Below, piece after piece: positions 25,535-38,341 of a stretch of DNA of 64,000 nucleotides. Origin of the DNA: Hypanus sabinus (taxonomy: Eukaryota); assembly GCF_030144855.1 (NCBI RefSeq), contig NC_082724.1, positions 47,182,001-47,246,000 of the forward strand, given 5' to 3'. The number at the start of each line of letters is the position of its first letter. Within the stretch, counting starts at the first letter, position 1. The translations under genes and the position numbers were made by a program. Below the pieces are notes generated by a model, which worked only from the letters and a program-made list of their open reading frames with translations, was not told where the DNA came from and ran no database searches.

Positions 25535-26353
25535 TGTAATGCCTTTCTACTGCGGGTCTCTAGGGAGGTGGCCCGTTGGCCCCTCACTAACAGCCATTGG
25601 GCTCAGCGGTGAGAAAACCACCTTTTTCAAACTTCATATGTCTAGGGTTGACAGGACTTGGGTCCCACCAAAACCGAGATGTCTCAACAATCCGAACCCT
25701 GGTCTGTGCGAATACTGTGTAAATACTACCCCCGTGCAATTAGCCATTGTTAAGAAATAACAGCTCGTACACTGCATACAATTATAAAGAAAGTATATTT
25801 ACAAATTTCAGCTTTACTGAACAGATAGTAGGAAAAAAGAAAGGAAGCAAATAACAAATAACAAAAAAATCACAGTTAACCCAGTCCAAATGTGCACTTC
25901 AGTTGGAGCTCATCTTGAAGTCTTTAACTCACACGTTGGACCCACGAACTGCGTGAAAGCCCCTACCACCTTCTGAATGCTGCACGAAATCCATCTCAAA
26001 CAAACAGGTTCCCCCACGGCAATATTGGTCCATCCCCCTTGAAGCTATTCATCTACACAAAGCACCATAGCACCCTCACCCATCATCTCTCCTACCTTCT
26101 CCCATCTCCTGCCAAAAAGACCTCGAGCCACACCAGCATGCATCACAAAATCCGTTCCATCCTGCGTTCTGTAGAACCTTCTCCCAATCCCACCATCCTG
26201 ATAGGCTGACACAACATTCCTAATTTGAACAAAGTAGCCCCTTATCTTTTGCTCAAACCTGAACATGCTAAAAGCAGAACAGACTGCTCTTACAGAACTG
26301 CTAAAATTAAATACTTATAGCATAGTTGTAAAAATCTTAACCAGGGTATTAAA
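25535..26353 (-). mobile_element. Probable solo LTR (Gypsy or ERV type)
   Basis: Starts TGTAATGCC and ends GGTATTAAA (7/9 inverted match, terminal CA mutated). TATA flanks both sides (25531-25534, 26354-26357). 819 bp, more CpG than the flanks, minus-strand AGTAAA near 25815. Confidence 0.6.
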
Positions 26354-26869
26354 TATATTTCACACCCATTGGGAAACTTTTGGGAGACACAGGCAATCAT
26401 CTCTGTATTTCTTAGACAGCAGTGGGTGGGTGGGGTTCAATTATTGTGTACCTATATTGCACGGTATTGTATAGTAAACATCCTTTTTAAATTGGAAAAG
26501 CAAGTGGTTGAAGCAGAATCATGACTACAATTTAATTGCAATCTGCGTTAATCGCAATATTTGCCAACTCTATCTGTGTTATCTAAGTGTCTTTATGAAG
26601 CGGGAAATGCATTATCTGCCCTGACTCCTTACACTAACTGTAGAAAAACATGGCCTTCAGTGACTTGCTGCATTAACAATGGGATTCTGTGGATAGACTA
26701 AGTCTCTGATAGATTAGGGAAGAGAGATTTGTTCAGTTAACATAAATGAACCTAAAGACTTGAGAAAACAGCCAGAAACTGATCCGTTGTTATACCTAGT
26801 GTATTATGTTGTTACACTATTTTATGCACTCTTCTATGAACTCTGATTACAGTTCTCACTGTTTTGGTA

Positions 26870-27175
26870 AAGCAGACAATAATATCAAAACCCCCCCACT
26901 CAACCCAGAAATTCTCTCTTCTTCCTCCCTCCCATTGGGCAGAAGATACAAAAGCCTGAAAGCATGTACCACCAAGCTAAAGGACCACTTATATCTTCTG
27001 CTATAAGAATATAACATCCTAGGACAATAAGATGGACTCTCAATCTCAATCTATCTACATCATTATGCCCTTGACCTTGCACTTTCTCGGCAACTCTAAC
27101 ACTTTATTCTGCATTCATTTGTTGTTTTACCTTGCACTAAATGAATGCACTGTTGTGCATGTGACAATTATAAAA
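26870..27175 (+). mobile_element. Rex1-like LINE 3' end
   Basis: NNIKTPP...LPLGRRYKSLKACTTKLKD. Confidence 0.65.
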
Positions 27176-27571
27176 CTCAGTTAGTGATTGCAGATATTGA
27201 ATACTTTGCTAGTGGGTTCATTCTTTGATAGGTGCAGGGTTATATTAAAGAACTGACTTTCATAAGGACCATTTATTTCTCCCTAGCAATTGGAATTTTG
27301 GAAAATACAGTTCTGCCTTCCTATGTACCCAAGAAAAGGGAAAAAGTTTGTAAAAAGATTTTATGGAGCAGGAAAGAGGGAGACTGGGGAGAAAAGCTTT
27401 GATAGTGCCCTGTTATTTGTGTATATTAACATTGTATAAAAATTTCAGATTGTCTCAGAAAGTGAGGACAAATCAAGACCTTCACCTTAGCAATAGTAAT
27501 TTAAAGAATCTCAGTTTTGTAATAGAGTCTATTAACCATCTACTGTTAATTTCCTTCTAGGGGATTGCTCA

Positions 27572-27798
27572 CCAGCAACACACGAAATACTGGAGAAGCT
27601 CAGCAGGTCAGGCAGGATCTATGGATAGGAATAAATAGTTGATAATTTGGGCCAAGACATTGTCCTGATGAAGGGGTCAGCCCAAAGCGTTGCCTGTTTT
27701 ATTTTCCCTTCCACGGATTCTGTCTAACCTGCTGAGATCCTCCAGTATTTTATGTGTTGGTCTGAATTTCTATCTGCTGCAGAATCTCTTGTGTTTAT
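27572..27798. mobile_element. Foldback PLE-terminus element with 9-bp TSD
   Basis: caacacacgaaatactggagaagctcagcaggtcaggcag is inverted to ctgtctaacctgctgagatcctccagtattttatgtgttg; central gtcCTGATGA; GATTGCTCA at 27563-27571 and 27799-27807. Confidence 0.85.
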
Positions 27799-28064
27799 GA
27801 TTGCTCATGATTTTAACTTATCTGTTAACATGCAATGTTAAATTAAGGGCAATCTATTGCAATTATTCCTTGACATTCTGTACTCTTTCCAGTTAGGAAG
27901 GCAAGCAAGATGTTACTTTTATTGTAAATATTTTAGTATGTTTTGCTCCAGTTATTAAGACCTTTGGTAGGTTCGTACCTGGAATACTGTGGGCATATTT
28001 GATATTCCTACCAAAAAAGTGATACATTTCTGGTTAATAGAGTCCAGCGATGGCTGAGTTTGGT

Positions 28065-28145
28065 TTTGACCTGAAGTATTGACTGTACTGTTTTTCATAG
28101 ATGCTGCCTGTCCTGCTGATTTCCACCAACATTGTGGGTGTGTAG
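28065..28145 (+). mobile_element. PLE 3' terminus fragment
   Basis: ttgactgtactgtttttcatagatgctgcctgtcctgctgatttccacc. Confidence 0.65.
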
Positions 28146-28391
28146 TTATGAAAACACTGCTTGCTAGTTTGTGATGGTGGTAGAGCAAGAATGTTCACAA
28201 ACTTTATGAAATATTTCAATTAGCATTAGATGCATGATATAGACAGGGATATGCCAAGCACTGGGTTCTTGGTATGGCCTGTACTTTGCCTAGTTCAGGT
28301 AGAAATCTTGGTTTTCCTTGAACTTATTACCCTTACCCACACTAACATAGGCCGTCTTTTGGATACAGTTCTGTAAGCTCTAATTCTTCAC

Positions 28392-28810
28392 AGATTAAAG
28401 ATTCAAGATTGTATAATGTTATTTCCAATACACGTTAAAAGGAGAACAAAACAATTGTTACTCCAGATATGACGCAGCACAAAAAAACAAATAAGACAAA
28501 GAACACATTAATAAAAAATATATAAAAACTTAGTAGATTTTATGCATAGAAAACGTCACAAGGTACCGGAGTGTTTGTGTGTAAGGTGACTTTGACAAGA
28601 AATGATAAAGTGGTTGGGGGGGGGGGGGAATGTGGAGGGTATCGATTAGTGGGTAGAGGTGTTGATCAGTCTTACTTGGGGAAAGTAACTGTTTTTGAGG
28701 CTGGTAGTTCTGGTGTGACTGCTACCACTGACTGGTGCCATTGATGCATTGGGCAATTTTGACTAACCCTTGTACAGCCTTCCTGTCTATCCCAGTGCAA
28801 TTTCCAAATA
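28392..28810 (-). mobile_element. Rex1-like LINE 3' end, same subfamily as 41512-44570
   Basis: Shares aagattcaag tail, gagaacaaaa.aattgttact.cagat and ggaaagtaactgtttttga. Confidence 0.7.
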
Positions 28811-29319
28811 CATTCAGCAGTATGTTCCCAAATGACCATGAGTCATGTGTGAGTCTCAGTAATGAGTACCACTAAGCTGTTTGTGCACAGAAGGAAGACC
28901 ATTATGTTTACCCTTGTCCTTGCCTCATGTGTACTATTCATATTGGACAAAGGTGGTTGATAAGGAATTGGAAACCAAGCAAAATCTTTAGCTGTATTTG
29001 ACAGCATTAATACTAGGGAGGGAAGTGTAATTGTGAAGGAACATGAGGCATTGAAACTGTCAATGTGGTGGCAGAGAAAGATGAGGAGAACTTAAATATG
29101 TTTCTCAAGGCAATGGATTCTCATTAAAGGAATATGGACATATAGTTTGATTGTTGAAAGAATTGATGATGAGGAAAGAGCAAATTAAAGTCTCTGAGAG
29201 AATTTTGAGAGAAAAATGAAATTTGTTAAAGTAGTCATTTATAGCATGGAAATCTTCAGTACAGAATGGTTTAAGGTCAAGAGATTTTCCATTTTAGAAC
29301 AAAGTGTCACAATTACTAA

Positions 29320-29615
29320 GGCTCCTGCTTCACAGTTCTAGAGACTGCATACATTTCTGACCTCCAATACTGTCTACATGAATTTAGACATTTTCCTTGT
29401 GATTGGGTGAATTTCTGCTAGGTGATCTGGTTTTCTCCCACATCTCAAAAAAGTGCAATTTGGTAGGTTAATTAGTACTGCAATTTTTTCTCTGCTGTGA
29501 AGGTGAACAATAATCTGAGGGAGTTGATGGCAGGGAATAGTGTTACTGTCACATTATGTTTGAAGTGAACTCTTGTTGGCTAATGGGCTTGTTTCCATGC
29601 TGTTTGGATCTGTGA
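29320..29615 (+). mobile_element. HE1-type V-SINE
   Basis: ctggttttctcccacatctcaaaa...ggtaggttaattag, ending in a CR1-like tail gggcttgtttccatgctg. Confidence 0.6.
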
Positions 29616-29914
29616 TTATAAAACTGAATAAAGGCAAGTCATGGAACTATGAGGAGGAGGTGAAGCAGATAAAAACTCAAAGCTGAAAGCCATTTCCCTG
29701 AATGTATAATTATCATTGTGACAATAAAGATGAAATTGAAAAAATGGGTATGAGTGAATACATTTTACAGAGGTATGCTTACAAAGTGACTAAGGCAGGG
29801 ATTTAAATAGTCCAAGAATGTTCCAAGAATAGAAATGGGCAAAGTAGCCGCATTGCTAATGAATGGAATGAAGTTAATAGAGAGGAAAGACCATAGCTCA
29901 GAATATAAAAACAA

Positions 29915-30280
29915 TCCTTCTCTTTCACATACCCCATTCCCATTTTCTTTATCTACTTATCTGCCCATCACCTCTCTCTGGTGCTCCTCCCCCTTCCCTT
30001 TCTTCCATGGAGTTCTCCCTCCCCTATCAGATTCCCCCTTCCCCAGCACTCTATCACTTTCATCACTTGACTTCCCAGCTCTTTTCTTCACCCCCTCTCT
30101 CCCATTTTCACCTATCACCTACTACCTTGTACTTGCTTCTCTCCTCCCCCATTTCTTACTCTGACTTCTCATCCCTTTTTCCAGTCGTGATGAAGGGTCT
30201 CAGCCAAAATGTTGACTGTTTACTCTCCCTCATAGATGCTGCCTTGCCTGCTGAGTTTCTCCAGTATTTCATGTGTAATA
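29915..30280 (+). mobile_element. PLE 3' UTR and terminus
   Basis: Colinear with 1760-2120, including ccagtcgtgatgaagggtctcagccaaaatgttgactg. Confidence 0.8.
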
Positions 30281-31973
30281 CGTAAAGCAGAATTAGTTTG
30301 GGTGGAGCAAAGAAACAGCAATGAACGTAAAACATTAATGGAGCTGTCAGAAGATTCCCCCAATCAGATATGCTAATTAGTAAAACAAAATGAGTAAATT
30401 AGATGGAAAAGTAACATGGTTAACACAGTAATTATGGTGGAGTTACATGCAGACAAACAAGATTAGCTGTGCAGAGAATCTCCTATAATTTTACACACTA
30501 GGGATTTTTATCATTGGGTTACAGCTAAACCCAAAGGGGACCAATATGCTTGTAGGTAGGTTTGCTAGGACTTTTGGGAAGGCTTTAAGCTAATTTGACA
30601 GGGGAATAGGAACCAGAATGATAGAGCTGAGGATGGGGCAGTTGGTGTACAACTAGGTACAATGTGTAGTAAGACTGTGAGGAAGGACAGGAAGATGATA
30701 GGGTGAAATTTCAGTCAGTGGAATGAATTACAGAGTACCATGGGAACAAAATTATAAAAGGTGATGAATACAGGACCAAAGGTGTTATATTTGAATGTAT
30801 GTAGTATATGGAATAAAACAGATGATCTTGTAGCATAGTTAGAAATTGGCAGGAATGATGTTGTGGACATTACTGAGTCATGGCTGAAACAAGATCATAA
30901 TTGGGAGCTTAACATCCAAGGATACACATTATATCAAAAGGACAAGTAGGTGGCAAGAAGGGGTGCAGTGGCTCTGTTGGTAAAAACATTGAAATCAAAT
31001 CCTTAGAAAGAGGTGACATAGGATCAGAAGATGTTGAATCCTTGTGCATAGAGTTAAGAAATTGCAAGGAAAGAACATCCTGATGTGGCATTATATACAG
31101 ACTTCCGAACAGTAGCCAGAATGCCGACTACAACTTAAACAAGAAATAGAAATGGCATGTATAAAGGACAATGTTGCGATGATCATAGGGGATTTCAATA
31201 TGCAGACTGGGAAAGTCTGGTTTGTGCTGAATCACAAAAGATGGAACTTGTAGAATGTCTATGAGATGGCTTTTAGAGCAGCTTGTAGTTGAGTCCACTA
31301 GTGGGAAGGCAAGTATGAATAGGATGTTGTGTAACAAACCAGTCTTGATTCTTGAGCTAAGTCTTGAGCTAAGGCTGAAGACACCCTTCAGCGGTAGTGA
31401 TCATAGAATGATAGAATTCACATTACAGTTTGACAGGGAAAAGCTAAAGTCAGATATATCAGTATGATAGTGGAGTAAAATGGATTACAGATGCATGATA
31501 GAGGAGCTGGCTGAAGTTGATTGGAAGGGGAAACGAGAAGGGATGATGGCAGAACAGCAAAGTCCAGACTTTCTGAGAGCAATTTGGAATTTGCAGGATA
31601 GATACATCACAAATATGAACAAGTATTCTAAAGGGAGGATGACACAAATGTTACTGACAAGGAAAGTCAAAGGCAACATAAAAGCAAAACAGAGAGCATA
31701 TAATATTGCAAAAAATAGTAGGAAATTTGAGGATTGGGAAGCTTTTAAAAATCAACAGAAAGCAACTAAAACACCTCAAGAAGAGAAAAGATGAAATGTT
31801 AAGTTAGTCAATAATATAAAAGAGGAACCAAAAGTAAAAAAAAATGAAGTGACAGAATATTGGGCCACTGGAAAATGATGAATAATGAAGAATAAATAAA
31901 TTGTGGATGAACTTAATAATTATGTTGTATCAATATTCATGATGGAAGATGCTAGCAGTATGCAGAAATTTGA

Positions 31974-32057
31974 AGGGTCTCGGCCAAAAACATCGACAAT
32001 GCTTCTCCCTATAGATGCTGCCTGGCCTGCTGTGTTCCACCAGCATTTTGTGTGTGT
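31974..32057 (+). mobile_element. Tiny PLE-terminus insertion inside CR1, with 13-bp direct repeat
   Basis: TGCAGAAATTTGA at 31961-31973 and 32058-32070; insert nearly identical to 29-114. Confidence 0.85.
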
Positions 32058-33162
32058 TGCAGAAATTTGAGAGTGTTGGGGGCAGAAGTGAATGTAGTTG
32101 CTATTACAAAGGAGAAGTTGGTTGGAAAGCTAAAAGATATGAAGTTAGATAAGTCACCTGGACCAGATGAGCTATGCACCAGGTACCCATAAGGGAAAAT
32201 CTTTCCTGACAGATCTGTTGGAATTATTTTGAGGAACTATCAGGTAAGATAGACAATCAGTGGATGTTGGATTATTGGATTTTCAGAGGACCTTTAACAA
32301 TATTCTGCACATGAGGCCGTGTAGCAAGAAAAGAGCCCATGATATTAGAGGGATGTTGCTAAATGGACAGAAGATTGGCTGACTGGCTGGAGGCAAAAAG
32401 TGGGAATTAAGGGAACCCTTTCTGGTTGGTTGCCAGTGACTAGTAGAGTTCTGCAGGGGTTGTTGTTGGAATCACTTATTTTCATGCTATATGTCAATGA
32501 TCTGGATGGTGGAATTTATTGCTTTGTGGAAAGTTTGTGGCAGGTAGTGTCGAAGATACAAGAAGTCTTTAAGAAAGAATTAGACAGATTGGGAGAATTA
32601 GCAAAGAAGTGGTAGATGGAATATAGTGTAGGGAATTGCATGACTATGTACATTGGTAGAAGGAATAAATGCATAGACTATTTTCTAAGTGGGGAGAAAA
32701 TTCTAAAATCAGTGGTTCTGAGTAATTGGGAGTCCTTGTGCAGGATTCCCTCAAGGTTAACTTGCAGGTTGAACCAGCAGTAAGGAAGGCCAATGCAATA
32801 TTAGCATTCATTTGAAGAGAACTAGTACATAAAACAAGATGTTATGCTGAGGTTGTATAAAGCATTGGTCAGACTGCATTTGAAGTATTGTGACCTGTTC
32901 TGGGCTCCTTATTAAATATGTGCTTCTGTTGTAGAGGGTTTAGAGGAGGTTCATGATAATGATTCCAGGAATAAAGGGGTTAACTGTTGAGGAGCATTTG
33001 ATGGCTCTGGGCCTGTACGTACTGGAACTTAGAAGAATGGCGGGGGGCGGGTGGTGGATCTCATTACAAATATTGAATATTGAAAAGCTGAGATAAACTG
33101 GACATGGAGAGGATGTTTTCTATAGTGGGGAGTCTAGGACCAGAGGGCATGGCCTTAGAATA

Positions 33163-34948
33163 AACCATAGAACCATAGAACACTACAACATAGTACAGGC
33201 CGTTCAGCCCTCCATGTTGTGCGGACCCATATAATCCTTTAAAAAAGTACTAAACACACGCTACCCCATAACCCTCCTTTTTTCTTTCATCCATGTGCCT
33301 GTCCAAGAGGTTCTTAAGTATCCCAAATGTTTTAGCTTCCACCACCATCCCTGGCAAGACATTCCAGGCACTCACAACCCTTTGTGTAAAAAACTTACCC
33401 CTGATGTCTCCCCTAAACTTCCTTCCCTTAATTTTGTACATATGCCCTCTGGTGTTTGCTATTGATGCCCTGGGAAACAGGTACTGACTATCCACCCTAT
33501 CTATGCCTCTCATAATCTTGTAGACCTCTATCAAGTCCCCTGTCATTCTTCTACACTCCAAAGAGAAAAGTCCCAGCTCTGCTAACCTTGCTTCATATGA
33601 CTTGTTCTCTAAACCAGGCAACATCCTGGTAAATCTCCTCTCCACCCTCTCCATAGCTTCCACATCCTTCTTATAATGAGGTGACCAGAATTGAACACAA
33701 TACTCTAAGTGTGTTCTCACCAGAGATTTGTAGAGTTGCAACATAACCTCTCTACTCTTGAACTCAATCCCCCTGTTAATGAAGCCTAGCATCCCATAGG
33801 CCTTCCTATCCACCCGTGCAGCGACCTTGAGGGATGTGAACACCAAGGTCGCTTTGTTCATCCACACTCTTAAGTAACTGACCATTAATCCTGTACTCAG
33901 TCTTCTGGTTTGTCCTTCCAAAATGCATCACTTCACACCTGTCCGGATTGAACTCCATCTGCCATTTTTCTGCCCAACTCTGCAGCCTGTCTATATCCTC
34001 TTGTAACCTTTGACAACCTACAGCTCCATCCACAACTCCTCCAATCTTTATGTCATCCACAAACTTACCCACCCATCCTTCCGCCTCTACATCCAGGTCA
34101 TTTATAAGAATCACATATAGCAGGGGTCCCAGGACAGATCCCTGCAGCACTCCACTAGTCAACAACCTCCAGGCAGAATACTTTCCTTTCAAAACTACCC
34201 TCTGCTTTCTTCCTTTAAGCCATTTTTTTTTATCCAAACAGCCAAGGTTTCATGTATCCCATGCCCCATGACTTTCTGGATGAGTCTCTAATGAGGGACC
34301 TTGTCAAATGCTTTGCTAAAGTCCATGTAGACCACATCCACTGCCCTACCCTCATCAATTTCTTTTGTTACCTCTTCAAAAAACTCAATCAGGCTCATGA
34401 GGCACGAACTTCCCTTCACAAAGCCATGTTGACTATCCATGAGAAGAATGTACTTCTCCAAGTGCTTGTAGATCCTATCCTTAAGAATCCTTTCCAGTAG
34501 TTTGCATACAACCAATGTAAGACTCACCGGTCTACAGTTCCCAGGTTTCTCCCTATTACCTTTTTTAAACAAGGGAACTATTTTTGCCATTCTCCAGTCC
34601 TCCGGCACTTCCCCTGCAGCCAAAGAGGATTCAAAGATCATAGCTAATGCTCCTGCGATCTCCTCTCTCAATTCCCAATACAACCTGGGTATCATATCCG
34701 GCCCTGGGGATTTATCAATCTTAATATTTTTAAGAAGATCCAGCACTTCCTCTTCCTTAATCTCCACATTGTCCAGCATACAGGCCCGCTCTGCTTTGAC
34801 CTCATCCTGATCAAGATCCTTTTCACTTGTGAATACTGAAGCAAAGTATTCATTTAGGACCTCCCCAATCTCCTCCGTTTCCAGGCACATGTTGCCCTCT
34901 TTATCCTTTAGTGGTCCCACCTTCGTTCTCATCATCTTCATCATTGTC
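33163..34948 (-). mobile_element. Young 5'-truncated CR1 LINE with frameshifted RT (ORFs 34288-34950, 33806-34237, 33250-33921)
   Basis: KSPGPD, PLFKKG, QHGFVKG, YMDFSKAFDKVPH, SGVLQGSVLGPLL, KFVDD, HLEYCVQFWSP; 3' tail (TTCTATGG)n at 33163-33180. Confidence 0.93.
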
Positions 34949-34989
34949 AAAAAGGGACATCCATTTAGAAAAACAAAAGTTTCATTGGA

Positions 34990-36985
34990 AAAGGAGAGAG
35001 AGGATTGACTTGATTGTAGAACACTTTAGATTTCATAAGCGGAATCAAAAGGAAGGGGAGTTCATTTCATAGCACATGGCAGAATTGATGGAATTGTCTG
35101 ACCATTGTCAGTTCTTTAATGGGCTTAATTATGTACTGAGAAGTACTTTTGTTTCCGGAACCTTAGAAGAAAGCATTCAAATACAACTCCTAACTGAATC
35201 ACAACTGGCATTTAAAAGAATAATTGAAATTTTTGTATCGGGGAAGCAGCAGATAAAGACACAATTGAGTTGCACTCAGGAATGAAATTGAGTGTGGATA
35301 AAATTCAGTCTAAATAGAAACCTGCCGAGATGAATAAATAGCGTTACTGTTGTGGGAGTGGCTCACATACACCAAACTATTGCAGGTTTAAAGGTGAAAC
35401 TTGCAGAAAATGCGACTAAGTAGGGTACATACAAAAAGCATGTCAAGCAGACAGAAATAAATAGACTACAGAGGAAAAAGATAAAGATATTAAGTCAATT
35501 TGCAGTTTCAAAAATAGCTCTAAACTGCATACAGTGACAGAAAAATCTAATACTGATGAGAGTGACACAGGACTAAGTGGCCTTGGGATTTAAAATATGA
35601 AACTAACGGACTGGTGCAGAGCCAACAACATGTCTCTGAATGTGAACATAGCAAAAGAGATGGTTGTTGACTTCGGGAGGGCACGGAGCGACTACTCCCC
35701 GCAGAACATTGACGGCTCCTCGGTAGAGATTGTTAAGAGCACCAAATTTCTTGGTGTTCACCTGGCAGAGAATCTCATCTGGTCCCTCAACACCAGCTCC
35801 ATAACAAAGAAAGCCCAGTAGCGTCTCTACCTTCTGCGAAGGCTGAGGGAAGTCCATCTCCTACCCCACCCCCCCCCCCCCATCCTCATCACATTCTACA
35901 GGGGTTGTATTGAGAGCATCCTGAGCAGCAGCATCACTGCCTGGTTTGGAAATTGCACCATCTCAGATTGCAAAACCCTGCAGCAGATAGTGAGGTCAGC
36001 TGAGAAGATCATCGGGGTCTCTCTTCCCACCATTACGGACATTTATACTACATGCTGTATCCGCAAAGCAAACAGCATTATGAAGGATTCCATACACCTC
36101 TCATACAAACTCTTCTGCCATTTGGGAAAAGGCACCGAAGCATTTGGGCTGTCACGACCAGACTATGTAACAGATTCTTCCCCCAAGTTGTAAGAGTCCT
36201 CAATACCCAGAGCCTGGACTGACACCAACCTACTGCCCTGTGCCTATTGTCTTGTTTATTATTTATTGTAATGCCTTCACTGTTTTGTGCACTTTATGCA
36301 GTCCTGGGTAGGTCTGTAGTCTAGTGTAGTTTTTTCTGTGCTGTTTTCACATAGTTCAGTGTGGTTTTTGTACTGTTTCATGTAGCACCATGGTCCTGAG
36401 AAATGTTGTCTCGTTTTTTACTGTGTACTATACCAGCAGTTATGATTGAAGTGACAATAGAAAGTGACTTGACTTGACTTGAGACAAGAGATATGGCTTA
36501 CACCAGAAGTGAATAGCAAATTAATTAAAGTGGAATTGGACACTGACTTGGCTGTTTCAGTCATTACACAAAATGAGTTTGAATGGCATTTCAAAGATGT
36601 TGAACTGAAGTCTGCAGATATCCAACTTATACTAGAGAAGAGATTACTCATGTGGGAATGACATTCATAACAGCGAAATACAACAACCAACAAGCCACAT
36701 TGGACCAGAATTGTGGGGCTGTGTTTGGCAGAGACAACTACAACTTGACTAAAGATCCATCCACCATTTACATGCCACATCCCCTGCAATAGTTAACTGA
36801 AAGTGAATTAAGACAGGTACTAGACGTCGCCATGGCAGTGCTCAAGGATGGCATTGGGAAACTCAACGGTATCTAGGGTAAAATAGCACTAAATGAAAAC
36901 GACACACTGAAGTTTTACAAAGCCCATCCTGTTCTTTTTACCATCCTTGATAAAGTAGGCAATGAGCTGTATCATGTGGAGGAGC
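34990..36985 (+). mobile_element. Gypsy LTR-retrotransposon internal relic (gag, zinc knuckles, protease), split by a LINE at 35608-36481
   Basis: RFHKRNQKEGE, AELMELSDHCQF, IQIQLLTESQL; YCCGSGSHTPNYCRFKGETCRKC..VGYIQKAC; protease IKVELDTDLAVSVI (DTG mutated); FYKAHPVLF. Confidence 0.8.
35608..36481 (+). mobile_element. Young Rex1/Babar-like LINE 3' fragment
   Basis: DWCRANNMSLNVNIAKEMVVDF, STKFLGVHL, KKAQ*RLYLLRRL, FYRGCIESILSS; (GACTT)n tail at 36466-36481. Confidence 0.85.
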
Positions 36986-38141
36986 AGACTGTATAGCAGT
37001 GGGCTCTGCACCTACCCTGGGGCATTTGTGTTGAGGATAATGAGGAGATGTTAGAATCCTTTGTCCATAGCAACTTAATTGTGTTCTTCAAATATTTGTC
37101 AGTTTCTTTTGGATAATCAGAGCTGGATTTCCTTCCATGTAACTTTAAGGGAGCATAGTGCAGGTCTACAGCAGCTTGTTTTTTAAACACGTTGTTCATA
37201 TTCCTGATTATTTTGTTGGTTGTCTAAAATTCATGCTTCTCATTTACTGACTCCTCCAGTACTGGAAACTGTTTGTATGTTCTTGTTGTAAATCCCTCTT
37301 AAATTCAGGCTTCCTTTATCCCATTGCCACTCCTAAGTTATAAATTTTATTTGACTTGACAAGTATTAATCAAGAATAGTATAGGAAGCCTTTTCTGTAT
37401 TGAACCAAAAACTGCCTGCAGCATCAACAGAATGTGCTTTAATTTCCTTCTGGTACATCGTGGACTATTATCAAATAACAGCAAGATGTATTCTGAACCT
37501 TATCTCAATATATAAATCACCTTTGTTTTCCTGCACGGAGTACTGGATGCTCAGTGAATAACAATAAAATGTTCAAAGATGAAGCCTGCAATATATTATC
37601 AAAGCCTTTACATACAGATGAAAATTGGCATGGCAATGGATATTGTTATACCAAGGAGTGTGTTGATGTGACCAGTTAGACTGAATTCAGAACAATGAAT
37701 CACCAATTTTGGCACTAAAGTAAGGCTAGGGAGAGGTGCATTATGAAGCCCAATTGTCTTTGTGAGCAAGCCTTGGCTATGGTTTATAGAAGAAAACTGG
37801 CTGAACAAGCATGGTTATTCATACAGTACATTTTCCATATATTGCTATGAACATAGGAGGCCATTTCACTCATCAAGTCTCTGCTAGATAAGAAGACAAT
37901 CCCATTCCCTGACTAACTTTCCCTGAACCCCATTCTTCCCACATTTCCAATAATTCTACTGTTCACCTTCAGATTAGAGACAATTTACAGTGACCAACTG
38001 CAAATGGACGGAATTCACATAGATTCCAAAGTTTACCTTAAGAACAAATGCTCTTTACTTGAAACTAATATCAACAGGAGAGCCACTTATCTTGGAATGA
38101 ATGCTGCCAATCCAAAATTATATAAAGATAAATATTAGCTT

Positions 38142-38332
38142 GGAAAAAGTACAGTCAACGTTTTGGGCCAAAACTCTTCAGCAGAATTCAATCCTGCGTC
38201 TTGCGTAAGGGCTTCAGCCTGAAACGTCCACTGCACATTTTTCCATAGATGCTGCCTGACCCACTGAGTTCCTGTAGCATTTTGTGTGTGTTGCTTGGAT
38301 TTACAGCATCTGCAGATTTTCTCTTTTTTGTG
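38142..38332. mobile_element. Foldback PLE-terminus element
   Basis: Minus arm cagtcaacgttttgggccaaaactcttcagcag, plus arm aagggcttcagcctgaaacgtccactg...; flanks ATTAGCTT (38134-38141) and ATTAACTT (38333-38340). Confidence 0.75.
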
Positions 38333-38341
38333 ATTAACTTT

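Larger units (their letters stand above)
30500..34970 (+). mobile_element. Long decayed CR1 LINE (ORF1 end, APE, RT) at 30500-33162, resuming 34949-34970 after a nested CR1
   Basis: ITESWL, IIGDFN, GSDHRMIEF, KSPGPD, GWLPVTSRVLQGLLL..YVNDLD. The host text ...ggccttagaataaa|agggacatccatttagaa is split by the minus-strand CR1. Confidence 0.85.

Noticed and set aside
26045-26266. 73-aa ORF with plausible composition
   Set aside because: Inside the putative solo LTR, with no recognisable motif or splice context.
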